DNA of 64,000 nucleotides, taken from assembly GCA_964199315.1 (NCBI GenBank), contig OZ116704.1, positions 15,190,001-15,254,000 of the forward strand, in the 5' to 3' direction. This document shows, piece after piece, positions 11,301-22,669 of the stretch. The notes under the pieces are model-generated. The model was not told the DNA's origin. It ran no database searches and saw only the letters and a list, made by a program, of their open reading frames with translations. Positions within the stretch are counted from its first letter, which is position 1. Each line of letters starts with the position of its first letter. Made by a program: the position numbers and the translations under genes. This DNA comes from Orbicella franksi. Its lineage: Eukaryota.

Positions 11301-13747
11301 GAAGCAGTCTCTCTTTTGCTCTAAAATCTGTGGGGAAGAACAAAAAGTTCAGAGCACACAAGCAAAGACAAGCAGCAGTGTACTCGCTACTCACAGCTTC
11401 ACTGCACTCACCTCTGCTAGTTTACTTAGTGTTTTGCATTCTTCCACACAGATTTTAGAGCAACTGAGAGACTGCTCACAACCTAGTGTATTAGTTGTTA
11501 CTGCAGTTAAGCCTCCACTAATGGCCACCTCTAAACAAAAGCCACTTTTTGTGGTCATGGCAGACAGCATGTACATTGCCTCTTAATTAAACCTCTTAAC
11601 AATGACCACCTCTCCTCAATGGCAAAGGCTACTAAAGTGCATCCCAACTGCCAAACTCACCTCTCAACAATTGTCAGTTAATCAACGACTGACGAGTGGT
11701 GTGTACAAATTAAACCACTGTGACATTCTTATTGTAAAAGGTCACCAAACTTGATCTGTACGACATATTGTTGGGACATTCTTAATATATTTTGATTGCT
11801 TTAGGTATTTATATGCTAAAAGAAGCTTTCTTAAAACTGCAACAAAAGATTGCATGCCCCCCCAAAAAATGCAGGTGTCATATTACACCCCTACCTCCCC
11901 GTTATGGCCACCTCTCTACTATGGCAACTTTCCTCTGACCCCAAATGCAAAGGTGACCACTGTGAAGAGGTTCGACTGTGCTACTTGTCTTATAGAGGTA
12001 TAATTTATACAGTTAGTGACTATTTAACTGATCATTCTTCTCGTTCTTACCAGTTTCTTCATCTCATCCAGAATGCTTGACACAGTAGCGTTAGGATCAT
12101 CATACTATAAAGGAAGAATCAGACTACAGTTATCTCCACAATCCAGTCATCAGTGCATTATTTTTAAGAATCAACTTCTAGCAGCTGAAACAGTAATGCA
12201 AAACTCTTTCACTCCCTGACAATAGTGCAACTGGTGTAAAAGACATTCAAAATGTCATAATTTTCTAAAACAGTGAAAAGTAAACAAAATTAAAGAAAAT
12301 TCACATATGTTTCATTTTCAGACTTTAACCCCTTAAGTGCCTATATATGATGTACTCAGTATGTCATGATTTTTGTCCCCGAGGTACCTATATGATGTAC
12401 TGGAAACAACATTTATTGGCACCTGAGATTCATAGGAGGGTTTTTGAGAGACTGCTAATTTCCCATTGCTGTGATGTCATATGAATATCAAATTACATCA
12501 ACCACGGCAAAATTAACCACATTGAAGAGACACTTTTCTGACCTTTCAGAAAATGTGTACATGCCTATAATTTGAGCAAAAAAGCTTATGGCGTTTAAAT
12601 TTTTCTTTTTTTTAGTATTAGACACCCATTTTCAGTGAAAATGCTGTGGCACATAGTGTATGCACATATTGGTCCAAATGGCATTTTAGGGTTAAAATCT
12701 AAGTCTATAGGAGAAAAGAGGGCAATGTTGGAGATAAACTACTTTAAAAAGTCTCTACCGTCAAACTGCTAGTTTTCACTCATACCATCACATACCTCTT
12801 GTGGCTGTTCAAAGTTCTTGCCACAACACGTGAGCAGCCATGCAGCTAAAGAAGTAAAAGTGAAAAACTGCTCTCCGGGATTGGTTGCGAAAGCAAAGTA
12901 GTGCCTGGTGACAAATTAAAACAGGTATAATAAAAGTAATATCAGACACATAAAAGGATATAATATTAATAATAATACTAATAATAATACTAATACTACT
13001 ACTAATAATAATAATAATAATATTAATAATAATAATGTTATTAACTTTAGATTAGCAGAGTAGACCTGTGGTCTATGTGTAACTTTAGCTCAGCTTTTCT
13101 TATTTTATTGTAATCAGTGAAAAGATATGACTAGTTACGTCCGGCACTCATTTATATATTTGTGTGAAGAGGAACACTGTGAGGGTAGTGCCTTGTCCAT
13201 ACTTTTCACAACACAACACAGTGCCCCCAACCAGGGCTCAAAGTCAGATTGCTTGATCTGGAGTCCAGCAGATCACATCGTACAATGCATCCTTAGTAAG
13301 GAGAATTAATGTTTTGAGCTCAAGACTTAAAGCCTCCTTTTACTTCCAGAGCTTTATGGTGGATATCTGACCAGAAAATGAACAACGAAAATGGTACTTC
13401 TTTTGCATCAAGAAATACAAATCGATAAGAGATCAATATTTTTCTCAGTTAGTAGCCACACTTAAAAGATCTCTTCCATATTTTGTAGCCACATAGCTAA
13501 GTAAATAAAAACCGTCGATTTTAATATGATCTTATGTTGACTTTGGCTAAAAAAATCTAAAGTGGACATATGAAACAAATTCAAACCTTGATAGAGGTCT
13601 AAAACCCATCTGCTTACAGAAGTCCGTCTCGTAGTCAAGCAATTTTAGTTTCTCGAGTACTTCTTCCATAACTCCTACTGTCAACATGTAACCCTGAGAG
13701 GCATTATCAGCCGCTGCATCGGCTCCACGGCGAACTTCGCCTTCCAT
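5386..13747 (-). CDS. IFT57: Intraflagellar transport protein 57 (418 aa, 15 exons)
   Basis: Exons 13587-13747, 12796-12904, 12051-12104, 11004-11057, 10498-10562, 10281-10371, 9685-9762, 8757-8879, 8071-8142, 7734-7814, 7315-7365, 7014-7076, 6850-6916, 6157-6233, 5386-5496; all GT-AG and phase-consistent (1257 nt). Motifs LEKLKLLDY, HYFA..TNPGEQF, YDDPNAT, EWKLEVERVLP, DWRTH, LEKISSREKYINNQLE match IFT57. Confidence 0.96.
6481..6790 (-). mobile_element. tRNA-derived SINE, family A (full length)
   Basis: Minus strand reads tRNA-like head (A box tggcctcatggttag, B box gggttcaagcc), conserved body (cttgggcaagacac...ccacccaggtgtataaatg) and (TTTACC/TTACC)n-like tail. Other copies: ~13150-13260 partial, 16826-17098, 26440-26575, 26590-26890, 30170-30470, 38003-38065 + 38985-39124. 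Confidence 0.9.
8240..8421. mobile_element. hAT-like MITE with probable 6-bp TSD (family also at 21510-21685, 32758-32924, 39360-39504)
   Basis: TIR caggggtttca...tgaaacccctg; flanks aataac/aagaac (1 mismatch). Confidence 0.7.
10698..10850. mobile_element. MITE with tagagcagttttcagttgagtg-type TIRs (related copy ~50242-50500)
   Basis: agagcagttttcagttgagtg ... cactcagttgaaaaccactc inverted termini. Confidence 0.65.
11294..11485. mobile_element. MITE with ~45-bp imperfect TIRs
   Basis: tagactggaagcagtctctcttttgctctaaaatctgtggggaagaa versus ttcttccacacagattttagagcaactgagagactgctcacaaccta. Confidence 0.7.
11504..11978. mobile_element. Tc1/mariner(pogo)-like MITE family cagtcgaacctc...gaggttcgactg (also 40762-41226, 41333-41749, ~17725-18345, ~53330-53495)
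   Basis: Degenerate inverted termini; the 40762-41226 copy is flanked by TA on both sides. Confidence 0.7.
12329..12691. mobile_element. piggyBac-like MITE (partial inverted copy ~24835-25077)
   Basis: TTAA|cccctt ... ttaggg|TTAA. Subterminal repeat ctatatgatgtact is shared with the reverse copy ending tcagggg|TTAA at 25077. Confidence 0.7.
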
Positions 13748-13927
13748 TCTTTCAAAACAGAGTGTCAGCTACCCCAAAAGATGCCCTTGACGATATGTTT
13801 TTACTCACGAAAATACATCATGTACACAAGTTACCATGTTATTTTTCGTCTCGAAGAAATCAGCCTCGCTTTCATGATGACATATTTTTTGAGCCCGCAT
13901 GCACACTAGCTGACCTTCATTTTCAAG
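13748..13927. promoter_or_regulatory. Bidirectional promoter shared by IFT57 and PSMD9
   Basis: The two ATGs are only 180 bp apart and divergent; CpG-containing; YY1-type CAAGATGGCGG overlaps the PSMD9 ATG; RFX half-site-like catggtaac on the - strand (~13830-13838). Confidence 0.8.
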
Positions 13928-15318
13928 ATGGCGGACGTTTCAATGCAAAAAGTGAAAGATTTGATGGCAAAGAAAGATGCAATTGAACAGGAAATCAAGG
14001 AGTTTCAAGACGTTCTTGAATCTGTAAGCTCTATCTACGAACAACTAGATATTTAGATTCAGATAAATGACTATAGAAGTAACTTTAAAACTTTATTTTT
14101 TTTCAGCAAAAAGGAGTCGGGATGCATGGAAAGTTGATCGACGATGAGAATTATCCCCGCTCAGATATCGATGTTTACGCGGTTCGTGTTGCAAGAAATC
14201 GAATTATATGTAAGAAAGATAATATTCTGTTTCAAATTTCATGGTGTTATATTTTTTGAAGGCAAGAGGCGAATTTTTTTAAATAGTATTTGGCTCATGG
14301 TGATAACAATATGCGCGTGGGCTTAATTTGCTGACTCATTCTTATGCTGTCCTACATCCTTTCGAATGTTAAATCAGGTCTTCAAAATGACCATAAGGCG
14401 TTAATGAAGGAAATAGAGGAAGGCATTCATGAGGTGCATGCCAGAGCACGAGAACAGAAAAATAATGCAAAGGAAAACCAGGAGGATACAGAAATGGCAG
14501 GTAAAGCTGCGAAGGTGGTTTAGTAATCGATTAAGTCTCTGGATGTTCAAACATTGTTATTGTTCAAAGTAGGTAAAGAGCATTACTTGTGGTTAAATCG
14601 GTATTTTCTCCAAAATGCCAATTTGAAAAAAGGTACAAAAGTCAGTTTTGATATTCGCTGCGTCTCTAATTTGTCCAGCAGCTGGACAGGTTTTTCAAAA
14701 TACTCCATGTCCGGCAGTCAAAATTATTTTTTAAAAATTCATTTAATAATATCAAATCCTTGTTTATATGGCTGAATACTTCACTATTTCCACCATAGTG
14801 TGAAATTTGGTGAGCTGGCACCCTACACCAGTATTTATAACATAGACTATTATAAAATAATTGGCAGTCAAAACGTTTAAATAGTACTCTGGTTAGCCTA
14901 AAAATCACTCTGGTTAGCCTGAATAGCACTTGGGTAGCCTGTTTATGGTTAGCTTTCAATAATGCTAAGAGTAACTCTATAAATATTTAAAAAATTCTGA
15001 GCACTGCTGGCTGGTTGCCATGGCGCAGTGGTCATGGGTACTGCTTGCCATACCAGCGACCCGGGTTTGATTCCTCTTGGGGTTGCCTGTCATAAAGTTC
15101 TTTTTACGTTGCTTTAATTTATAAAAGTCTCACAGCCAGACACGGAGTATTTTAAAAAACCTGCCCAGCTGTCGGACATGTAGCCACAGTGTTTGATATT
15201 TCAAAGAAATAAATTCAGTAAACTTTTTTCTTAAATATGCCCAATTCCCTCACATAAATTATGGTAAGACTAATATCTTTTCTTTGAGACTTTGTTAACT
15301 TGCTCAAAAAGTCAAGAC

Positions 15319-15376
<58 letters not shown>

Positions 15377-18300
15377 GAATATTTATACAGGATAGCCCTT
15401 CAGTGCAAGAGTACTGTTATCAAAGGGGTCCTGTCTAAATAACATAATATAACAATAGAAACTAAAATAAGTTAAGAATGACTTTGTAAATTATTGTGAC
15501 GAACGAATGCGTGACATTATTTGTCATTGCAAAATCACCACGCTGTTGTAATAGGATCTCCGGGAGAGGTCTGAGTCGGAGAATTGAGAAGAGAATTAAA
15601 AAGACACCTGTGTATTTACGTGAAGGATCTGTCCTTTATTGCAGCCCGTTACATTATTAACTACACAACATAAAATTGATCTAAAGACTCCCTAAATAGT
15701 ACCCTAATGCTAATTTGCTTGATTTTTAAAGGTAAAGAATTAAAAGCTGAAGTGCCTAAAAAGTAAAAACTTTTTCGAGCGAAGTCAAGTTTCACTTTTG
15801 GCAGAGCAATGGTGGTCCCACTGTTCCTCGTATTAAAATCGTGGGTTAAAAAATTAAAATAACCCTAAACCCTAAAACTCTAAAATCAAGTAGAGATGGC
15901 AAGACTAGGAAATTTCTCTAAAATTCTGTAGGATGTATATTTTTTAAAGGACCAATTGCCATGTCAATCATTAAAATTCTACAAATCACAGATCAAATGG
16001 AGTTTAGGAACCACTAGCATAGTGATATTAGTAGAGTGGTTTTACTACTGGAATTGTACATGCCACAACTTCATATTAGTTCCTATTATCCGGGTATAGT
16101 TAGTAATTCTTTTGTTTTCTAATCTTTTTCTAATCTGTTTTTGTATACTACGCAGTAATACTAATTAGCAGACAATATTACACACTAACAAGTAGTTTCT
16201 GTTTCATCACTCTATGTTGGCCAAACAAAATCCATAATATTCTTGTTTGTAATACACTCACATGTTTGTGGTTTCCAGATATTTCAACAAAGCTGGAAGC
16301 TTTTCTTCGAGTTGATTCAGTTGCTGAAGGGTCACCGTCATCACAAGCAGTAAGAAACAATGTTTAATTGTTTCCATTAAGGGGCATTTCAATGTAATCA
16401 GGGATTAACAGCACATGAAATTGTTGTTGTCTTGAAGTAAGATTATTTTACCACACACCCATATTTATCACAATATGGACAGATTAGGTTAACAACCATT
16501 TGTCGCTTGTTAAATAAATACACAAGGAAACCACACAAAACATTTGGCAGTAAATGGGACTAAGGTTGTTGGGTGCTCCCTGGGATAAATAGGGTGGAAG
16601 CAATACACCCTGTAAAGTGAAGGTAAAGGGGGTGGCAGCAGCACACCCTACGAGTAATGGATGAGCCAACAATTGTAGTGCATGCTACACCTGGTGATAA
16701 CATGTAAACTAAAAGGGATGAGCCAATAAGTGTGGCACATGCCACACCTGGCTAGTGACTAAGGCTAAGGTGGGGTCAGGGTCTCACCCAGCCTGCTATG
16801 TGCAAAGAATATGGACAGATTAGGTTAAATCTGCATACAAGCAAAATGGCCCATTGGGCTGGCGCTTATCTCCGGTTTCAGTGACTTGTAGGAACTAGGA
16901 GTATTTCTACTCCCCCCTGGATGGTATGCTGGTTACCCCCAGCATTAAATTTGCTGGTACTCATTTAAACACCTGCATGGAGAGAGGCACTGTGAGTAAA
17001 CTGTCTTGCCCAAGAACACAACACAATGTCCCCGACCAGGACTTGAATCTGGACCACTCGATCTGGAGGCAAGCACACTAACCACAAGGCAACCTCCCCT
17101 CTGCAATATGCATAGATTACAATGAATTAACCTTTCCACAGTCATACTTCTTCATGATTCAATTATAGGGTTTAAAAGTTGGGGATCTCATCATAAAATT
17201 TGGCTCCATCAGTGGTGAGAACTTCAACAGCCTTCAGGATATTGCTTCTGTTGTACAGCACAGCAAGGGGGTAATGATAATAATTAATTAAAAATTTAAT
17301 TTCTCGATTATTCAGATTATTTTTACCAGTCCAAACATGTCTAATGATAAGGCTGAATAGTATTCACCAACTGTACAGCATTGTTTGTTTTGTTTCACAT
17401 GGTTTTCCAGTGTTGAATATTTGCAATAGTCAACTAGACAATCAGTACTCTTTACTTTTTTGAGAGTTAAGAGTTCTTGGAGAGGGGTGGGGGAGGGTGG
17501 GGGAAATGGGGGTAAAGTGTTCATCAGTTAATTTTGGCTCATATTTTAGCTTACCAGTTTGCATGTGATAATCTCTTCTACAGACCCCAATGAGTGTTAC
17601 AGTTGAAAGACAACAGAGAACACAAACCTTATCCCTTACCCCAAACACGTGGGGTGGACGAGGGCTTCTTGGGTAAGAATCCAGACTCCTGTTGGTATTT
17701 TCATTTGAAATGTAAATTACCAGTATGTTACAGGCAACTCTCTACGAACAGACACTCTCATAAGCGGACAGCTCTATTTACAGACACTTTTTTCAATTCC
17801 CGTTTTACCTTCCAGTCAAACTCTGTATTTGCACATCCCCATAAATGAACACTCTCTCGTAAGCAGACACGGACACTTTTGAAATGAAAATTGGATTTTT
17901 CTTTTATTTACTCTCTCCTAAGCAGATGCCCCATGTATTTAACAATTAACTCTTGGCAATAAATTGACAAAAATATGACCTTAAACAGAGAAACAGAAAA
18001 GTGGGATCAGTTTTGTCAAATCTACATTTGTTAACGGGAAAGCAAGCTGTCCGTTTGTTTGACATCAACAACAGTCTGACATAACATTTGTAAAGTCATG
18101 TCATGGCCACATTCATCATGGTCTACTGTCCTTCTCGCTTCTGTTTTCAATCACTGACTGTACTGAATACAGTATACTGTATCCCAGATAACACCCACTG
18201 ATTAACTCTCCCGTAGGCAGACATCCACACTATTTTTCTTTGGTGTCCACTTAAATGCAAATACTTCTTGCAAGTGAACAGCCATATATTACTAACAGAC

Positions 18301-18462
18301 ACTTTTTCCAGTTCCCAAGGGAGTCTGCTTAGGAGAGAGATGACTTAATTCTACTAGTATGGTCACTTCTGAAATGAATAGTCTGTTACAGTGTCATCCA
18401 GTGCTAAACATTCTTGATTACTCTACTTTGTCTACAGCTGCCACATTGTTCCTGTGAAATAG
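13928..18462 (+). CDS. PSMD9: 26S proteasome assembly chaperone p27/Nas2 (202 aa, 7 exons)
   Basis: Exons 13928-14023, 14107-14209, 14378-14500, 16279-16349, 17169-17270, 17584-17672, 18438-18462 (609 nt, phases consistent). Motifs [29 protein letters not shown] ([14 protein letters not shown]), C-terminal [13 protein letters not shown]. Confidence 0.96.
15010..15090 (+). mobile_element. tRNA-like SINE head fragment
   Basis: A-box-like tggcgcagtgg and B-box-like gggtttgattcc about 35 bp apart; no full cloverleaf. Confidence 0.45.
15320..15850 (-). mobile_element. 3' end of a CR1/L2-type LINE with (TTA)n tail
   Basis: Minus frame reads [43 protein letters not shown] (typical CR1/L2 ORF2 C-terminus), then a 3'UTR and a (tta)n tail at 15320-15374. 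Confidence 0.8.
16493..16807. mobile_element. 315-bp insertion flanked by a perfect 21-bp direct repeat
   Basis: aatatggacagattaggttaa at 16472-16492 and 16808-16828; internal duplicated motif ggatgagccaa...atgc(t/c)acacctgg. Confidence 0.6.
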
Positions 18463-18823
18463 GCATCTTTGACCATCATTTGCTGAAAAAGCAGCATCAA
18501 CAAAGAAACCTCCCTCCTCTGTCTGCAGTCAAGACAAAGTTTACAGACATTTTAAATCAAGCTGTGTAAACCTCTTTAGCAAAATTATCATTTAGGGCAA
18601 TTAGAATTATAGTTCTAATCCCTGTTCAGGGTGTATGGTGTTCCCAGAGGTAAATAACTTGGCTCATCTCGCAACTGGAAACCATTTGGGCACACCAAAT
18701 GCACTATCCCTGACAAAGACAGGGTCTGTTTGAGTTTACTGGTAGTTGTTTTTTTGGAAAGACTTACTCCATCACACCTTAAACTAAGTGAGCTTGGTTC
18801 TCAGTTTTCCACATGTTTCTTTG

Positions 18824-18961
18824 CAGTGGCAGATCTAGGAGAGGGGCCTGGGGGGGGGGGGGGGGGCAAAAAACCCAAAAAAATCGCAGAAGGAAGAAAA
18901 GCCAGCAGGGCACGCAAAAATAACCACACCCCCGTTAGCTCGAGGTCTGGATCCGCCACTG
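18824..18961. mobile_element. MITE with 5-bp TSD (hAT5-like)
   Basis: TIR cagtggcagatctag / ctggatccgccactg; flanks ctttg/ctttg. Second copy 55740-55896 has catat/catat. Confidence 0.8.
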
Positions 18962-19142
18962 CTTTGCGGACATTTTTTACTTTTTGCCACACTGGTCTCA
19001 AATTTAAAATTGTCAACAATTTCAATACTTATTGAGAAAATATAAAGATTTCTTTAATAATGTGCAGTATTAGCTCATCAAACAAGATGACAGGACTGTA
19101 CGGTATTAAAATACCTTACTACATTACTTACAAACCACTTAA

Positions 19143-21201
19143 GGTATTCCTGGAGGCTAAAGTGACATTTTTGTTTTGCCAAAATTTTTTGTCCGCTGGA
19201 AGATAATTTTAAAACACAAACGTATGCTAAGTTTTAGGTCGGAAAAACCAAACCCGTCTGAGATATTGGCATGCGAAGTTTCGTTTCTATGTAGGTTTTC
19301 GCGGTAAAAATACGAAAAAATGTCCTGCTGTGGTCTCCCAAAGGATGGTCTTGTTGACAGCTCAACGCAATAAAACCTGGTAATTCGAAATGTGACACCC
19401 TCTTTGATCGTGATGGCAGCCGAGGAAGCGGTAAATGCGCTCGACCGTACTTTCAGAAAATAAAATAGGCATTGAACTCGCGGACAAAAGAAATAATGCT
19501 TGACGTCGTGGCCACAAACAGTCCTTCTGGGATACGGATTCTAAAAGATAAAAGCAATTGTAAGTAACAGCGCTTTGGCAGAGTCATTGTAATTACAGTA
19601 AACAAAAGCGCACTGGAAAATCATCGGTCAAGGTTAGCTAATGTTTTCACATAAAATTTGTAGCTACACAAGCTAACAAAACATGAATCAAAAATTTCAC
19701 TGGGAAGCACCAAGGGGAAGTGAAATAAACGTATGTTATGGACGCTTATGTAATGAGAATGTATTCATTGCTCACAGATCACATATCATAGAAACGTGAG
19801 AAAATCTCAATGCTAGACAAGACAACTAATCGAGCCATCAATCTTCAATGAAAAAAGTTATGAAATTGAGACGGTTTGTTGTAAGCTACAAATCAAGATA
19901 CAAGCAGGAGTCTCACCATTCCCTATTGCTTTCCTCACGAAGTTCCTTTAGCGGTGGTTCGTAGTCAGAGTCATCGTGGGGAGAATCGGTCGTTGATTTC
20001 TGCTCTTGTTTGGCGTTGACAATGGTTTTAGTTGTTTGAAAGGTCTCCAAGACCCCTTCATCTCTCAGTTGCCGTTCTACATCTTTCGCACTTTTTAGTG
20101 TCTTTACACCAGGGTTTGTGTAGCGTAGGTAGACCTTAACTCCCGAGGACGACTCCCTCTCCTCCTGTTTTATCGTCCAGCCAGCTTCCCTCAACTTATC
20201 AAAATCCAACGCAATTCTTGATTGTGTTCCAGAACCACGAATCGCATTACCCTTCACCGCCTTCGCCGCTTTCTCGCTAGTTTCTCTCTGTCGCTTTTTC
20301 GGCGGCATCACTCCGACTACTTCTTTTTTTCTTTCGTTTTTTTTTTCGCTAAATTCTCTCGCGCGTCCTATCTTTCGCTCGCTTCGAATGTCAATTCTCG
20401 CAATCACGCTGTCAACACTAACAGTTGGATGCCGTTGCGGGTACCGTTGCTATGGAAAGGTGTTATTGTTCGTAATCGCTTTTTCCGATTGGTTTCGCGG
20501 GAAAAATAGCACCCCGTAAAAGGAAAAAAGGGCCCAAAACAGGGCCGTTTTAGGCGATATACCGCTGGAAACTATTATTGTAGGCATTTACAAGATGGCT
20601 GCCGAGGAAAACAACGAAGGGAGAGCTTTCCGACTGGTAATTTTCGAATTAAAGCTCGATCTTGTGTCTAAATAAATGGTATAAATAAATGTGGGAGATT
20701 GTTCATTTCATTTTCTTTTCATAGGTTAATCGCTACGACTTAAAACTTGGCAGACAAAAACTACGTATGTGAACGGACTTTTTTGTGCGAGTACGTCAAA
20801 TGCCTTTGAATACAAGACTCGTAGAAGCATTGCCATTTTTATAAGGGTGTGAAAACATATTTCTAGACATTATTTTTTCCCGTTTTCCTTTTCTCTGACG
20901 TACTCGCACGGAATTTTAGTTTTCAACCTCGTGCATAAATTGGCCAAACCTTTCTAACATTGAAGGAATATTCTTTGAGTTATTTTGCAATAATCAAAAC
21001 AAGAGGGTTTCGACCACGCCCATTTAAATATCAAATTTCAGGGACTACTTTCATTCTGGCTGAAGAAAATTATTTTTTAAAGTAAATACATAGAACAACG
21101 TTTTAGATGTAAAAATTTTATCATTTTTGAGCCAATATTTTTAATGATTTGATGCATGCAAATATGGTAGAAAAATATGCAAATTAGCCTCCAGGAATAC
21201 C
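19143..21201. mobile_element. Kolobok-like DNA transposon (internally deleted) carrying divergent ORFs
   Basis: Perfect 18-bp TIR ggtattcctggaggctaa / ttagcctccaggaatacc and TTAA TSD (19139-19142, 21202-21205). RR...YY termini with a TTAA TSD are the Kolobok signature. CpG-rich interior; no DDE catalytic core seen. Confidence 0.8.
19913..20308 (-). CDS. Transposon-borne 131-aa ORF: N-terminal NLS plus MBD-fold-like domain and acidic tail
   Basis: MPPKKRQR (NLS-like); AGWTIKQEERESSSGVKVYLRYTNPGVKTLKSAKDVERQL follows the MBD pattern GW-x-R-xSG-x-Y-xxP-x-K-x-(R/K)S-x-L. The stop overlaps a TG|GTGAGA donor, so it may be exon 1 of a longer gene. Confidence 0.6.
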   Translation of the reverse strand: MPPKKRQRETSEKAAKAVKGNAIRGSGTQSRIALDFDKLREAGWTIKQEERESSSGVKVYLRYTNPGVKTLKSAKDVERQLRDEGVLETFQTTKTIVNAKQEQKSTTDSPHDDSDYEPPLKELREESNREW

Positions 21202-22669
21202 TTAAGACTACTAATATACAGTATGTACAGAAAATAACATCTGAAATGCAATTAAAATGCGAGCGACTTTCATTTCACACACAGCTTTAGCATCATTGCC
21301 TGAATTACATAAGGATAATAACTGGATGGCTACCCTAGGGTTACTCTTCGTATGCAAGTCTTGACCTTGCTCATGTTAAAACCAACTGAAAATCTTACTC
21401 TGAAAGGATGAATTCCACTGCACAAATGATATACCTTTAACATATGAGCTTAAAAGTTCATTTCTCAAATTTGGGCCATTCCTTTTTTCCTGTTTACTTT
21501 ATATTTAACCAGGGGTTTCAATAATGTTTTCAACAGGAGGACAACTGGTTTTCATAGGCAGACAAAACTTTTTGAATTGAACTTTTTATAAGGAAAACAT
21601 TCCTCTGTATGGTCAAACTAGGCAGGCAAAACTATCCTGTCAGCCTGCCAATTTGCCCAATGTCTGGCCCTTAATGAAGTCCCTTAATTAGCTTGCTGTT
21701 TTCTGACTTTTATATCGTAAACTATCTTTTTGAGGGTGACATGGCCAATTAATACAAGAGGCCTAAATAATCTTAGAGGTCTTGTTATTATGTAATGGTA
21801 TTTAGTAAGCTGTTATAGTTATAGTAGAATTGAAACCCCAGAAATTGGCAGTACCATATGCTACAGTTGGCTAGCAGTAGAACAGTAAAATATCGGGGAA
21901 AGCATTTAATGTTTACAAGTTATAAATAAAATAACTCAAAAAGCAGACTGCTTTTCTGCCAATTTGGTTGCTTCAAACATCAGCAAAATGCCGAAAGACT
22001 GGAGACAAGTATCACATGTACATTCTACTTCCTTCAGACTACTGGTAATCCTATTTTAAATTAAATACCTGTCTGTTTAAGTATAGCATACTTTTCCAAA
22101 ATAAATATTATATTTAACATGCAAGCAAAGCCTGCTGTAGAAACAAGAGTTCATCACTGGCACTAATGAACCAATAACTGTGGAACAGAATTAACTGATC
22201 TTAGCACTGACTGTTTGTCATAAGCACCTTGCATTCAAATACATCAATATTCAAATATGTTATGTTCCTACAAACTGGGTCAAGTAATAAATGTCCTGGA
22301 AATCAAAGGTTCAGTCACTTTAATTTGCTTTTCATTACTATAAAATTAAAAGTAACTCAGCTGAATTTTGGCCTCTTAGAGGAGTCCATACGTTTACTAT
22401 ATACACTTTGCTAAAATGTTCAATTAGGTGCATCTTTGCTTTTCAGTAGGTAACATAGTTGAGATGTTGTTCTGCGTGGCACAGGGCATGCATGAATAAA
22501 TGCTTTTCTGCTTTCTCTACTTCCTCCCATGCTGCTTCATACCGTCACTTCCACAGCTAAAAGCTCTGCAAGTAATTAGACAAGCTTGAAGAGGCCTCCA
22601 TGGAAGCTAGCCAATGCTAGGTAACGGACAGGATATTATTGAAAGCACTGGCAGTGGACCACTGATAGG

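Noticed and set aside
15544-15670. TGTTGT...ACAACA segment resembling a tiny solo LTR
   Set aside because: No target-site duplication, and it can be read as part of the LINE stop codon region and 3'UTR.
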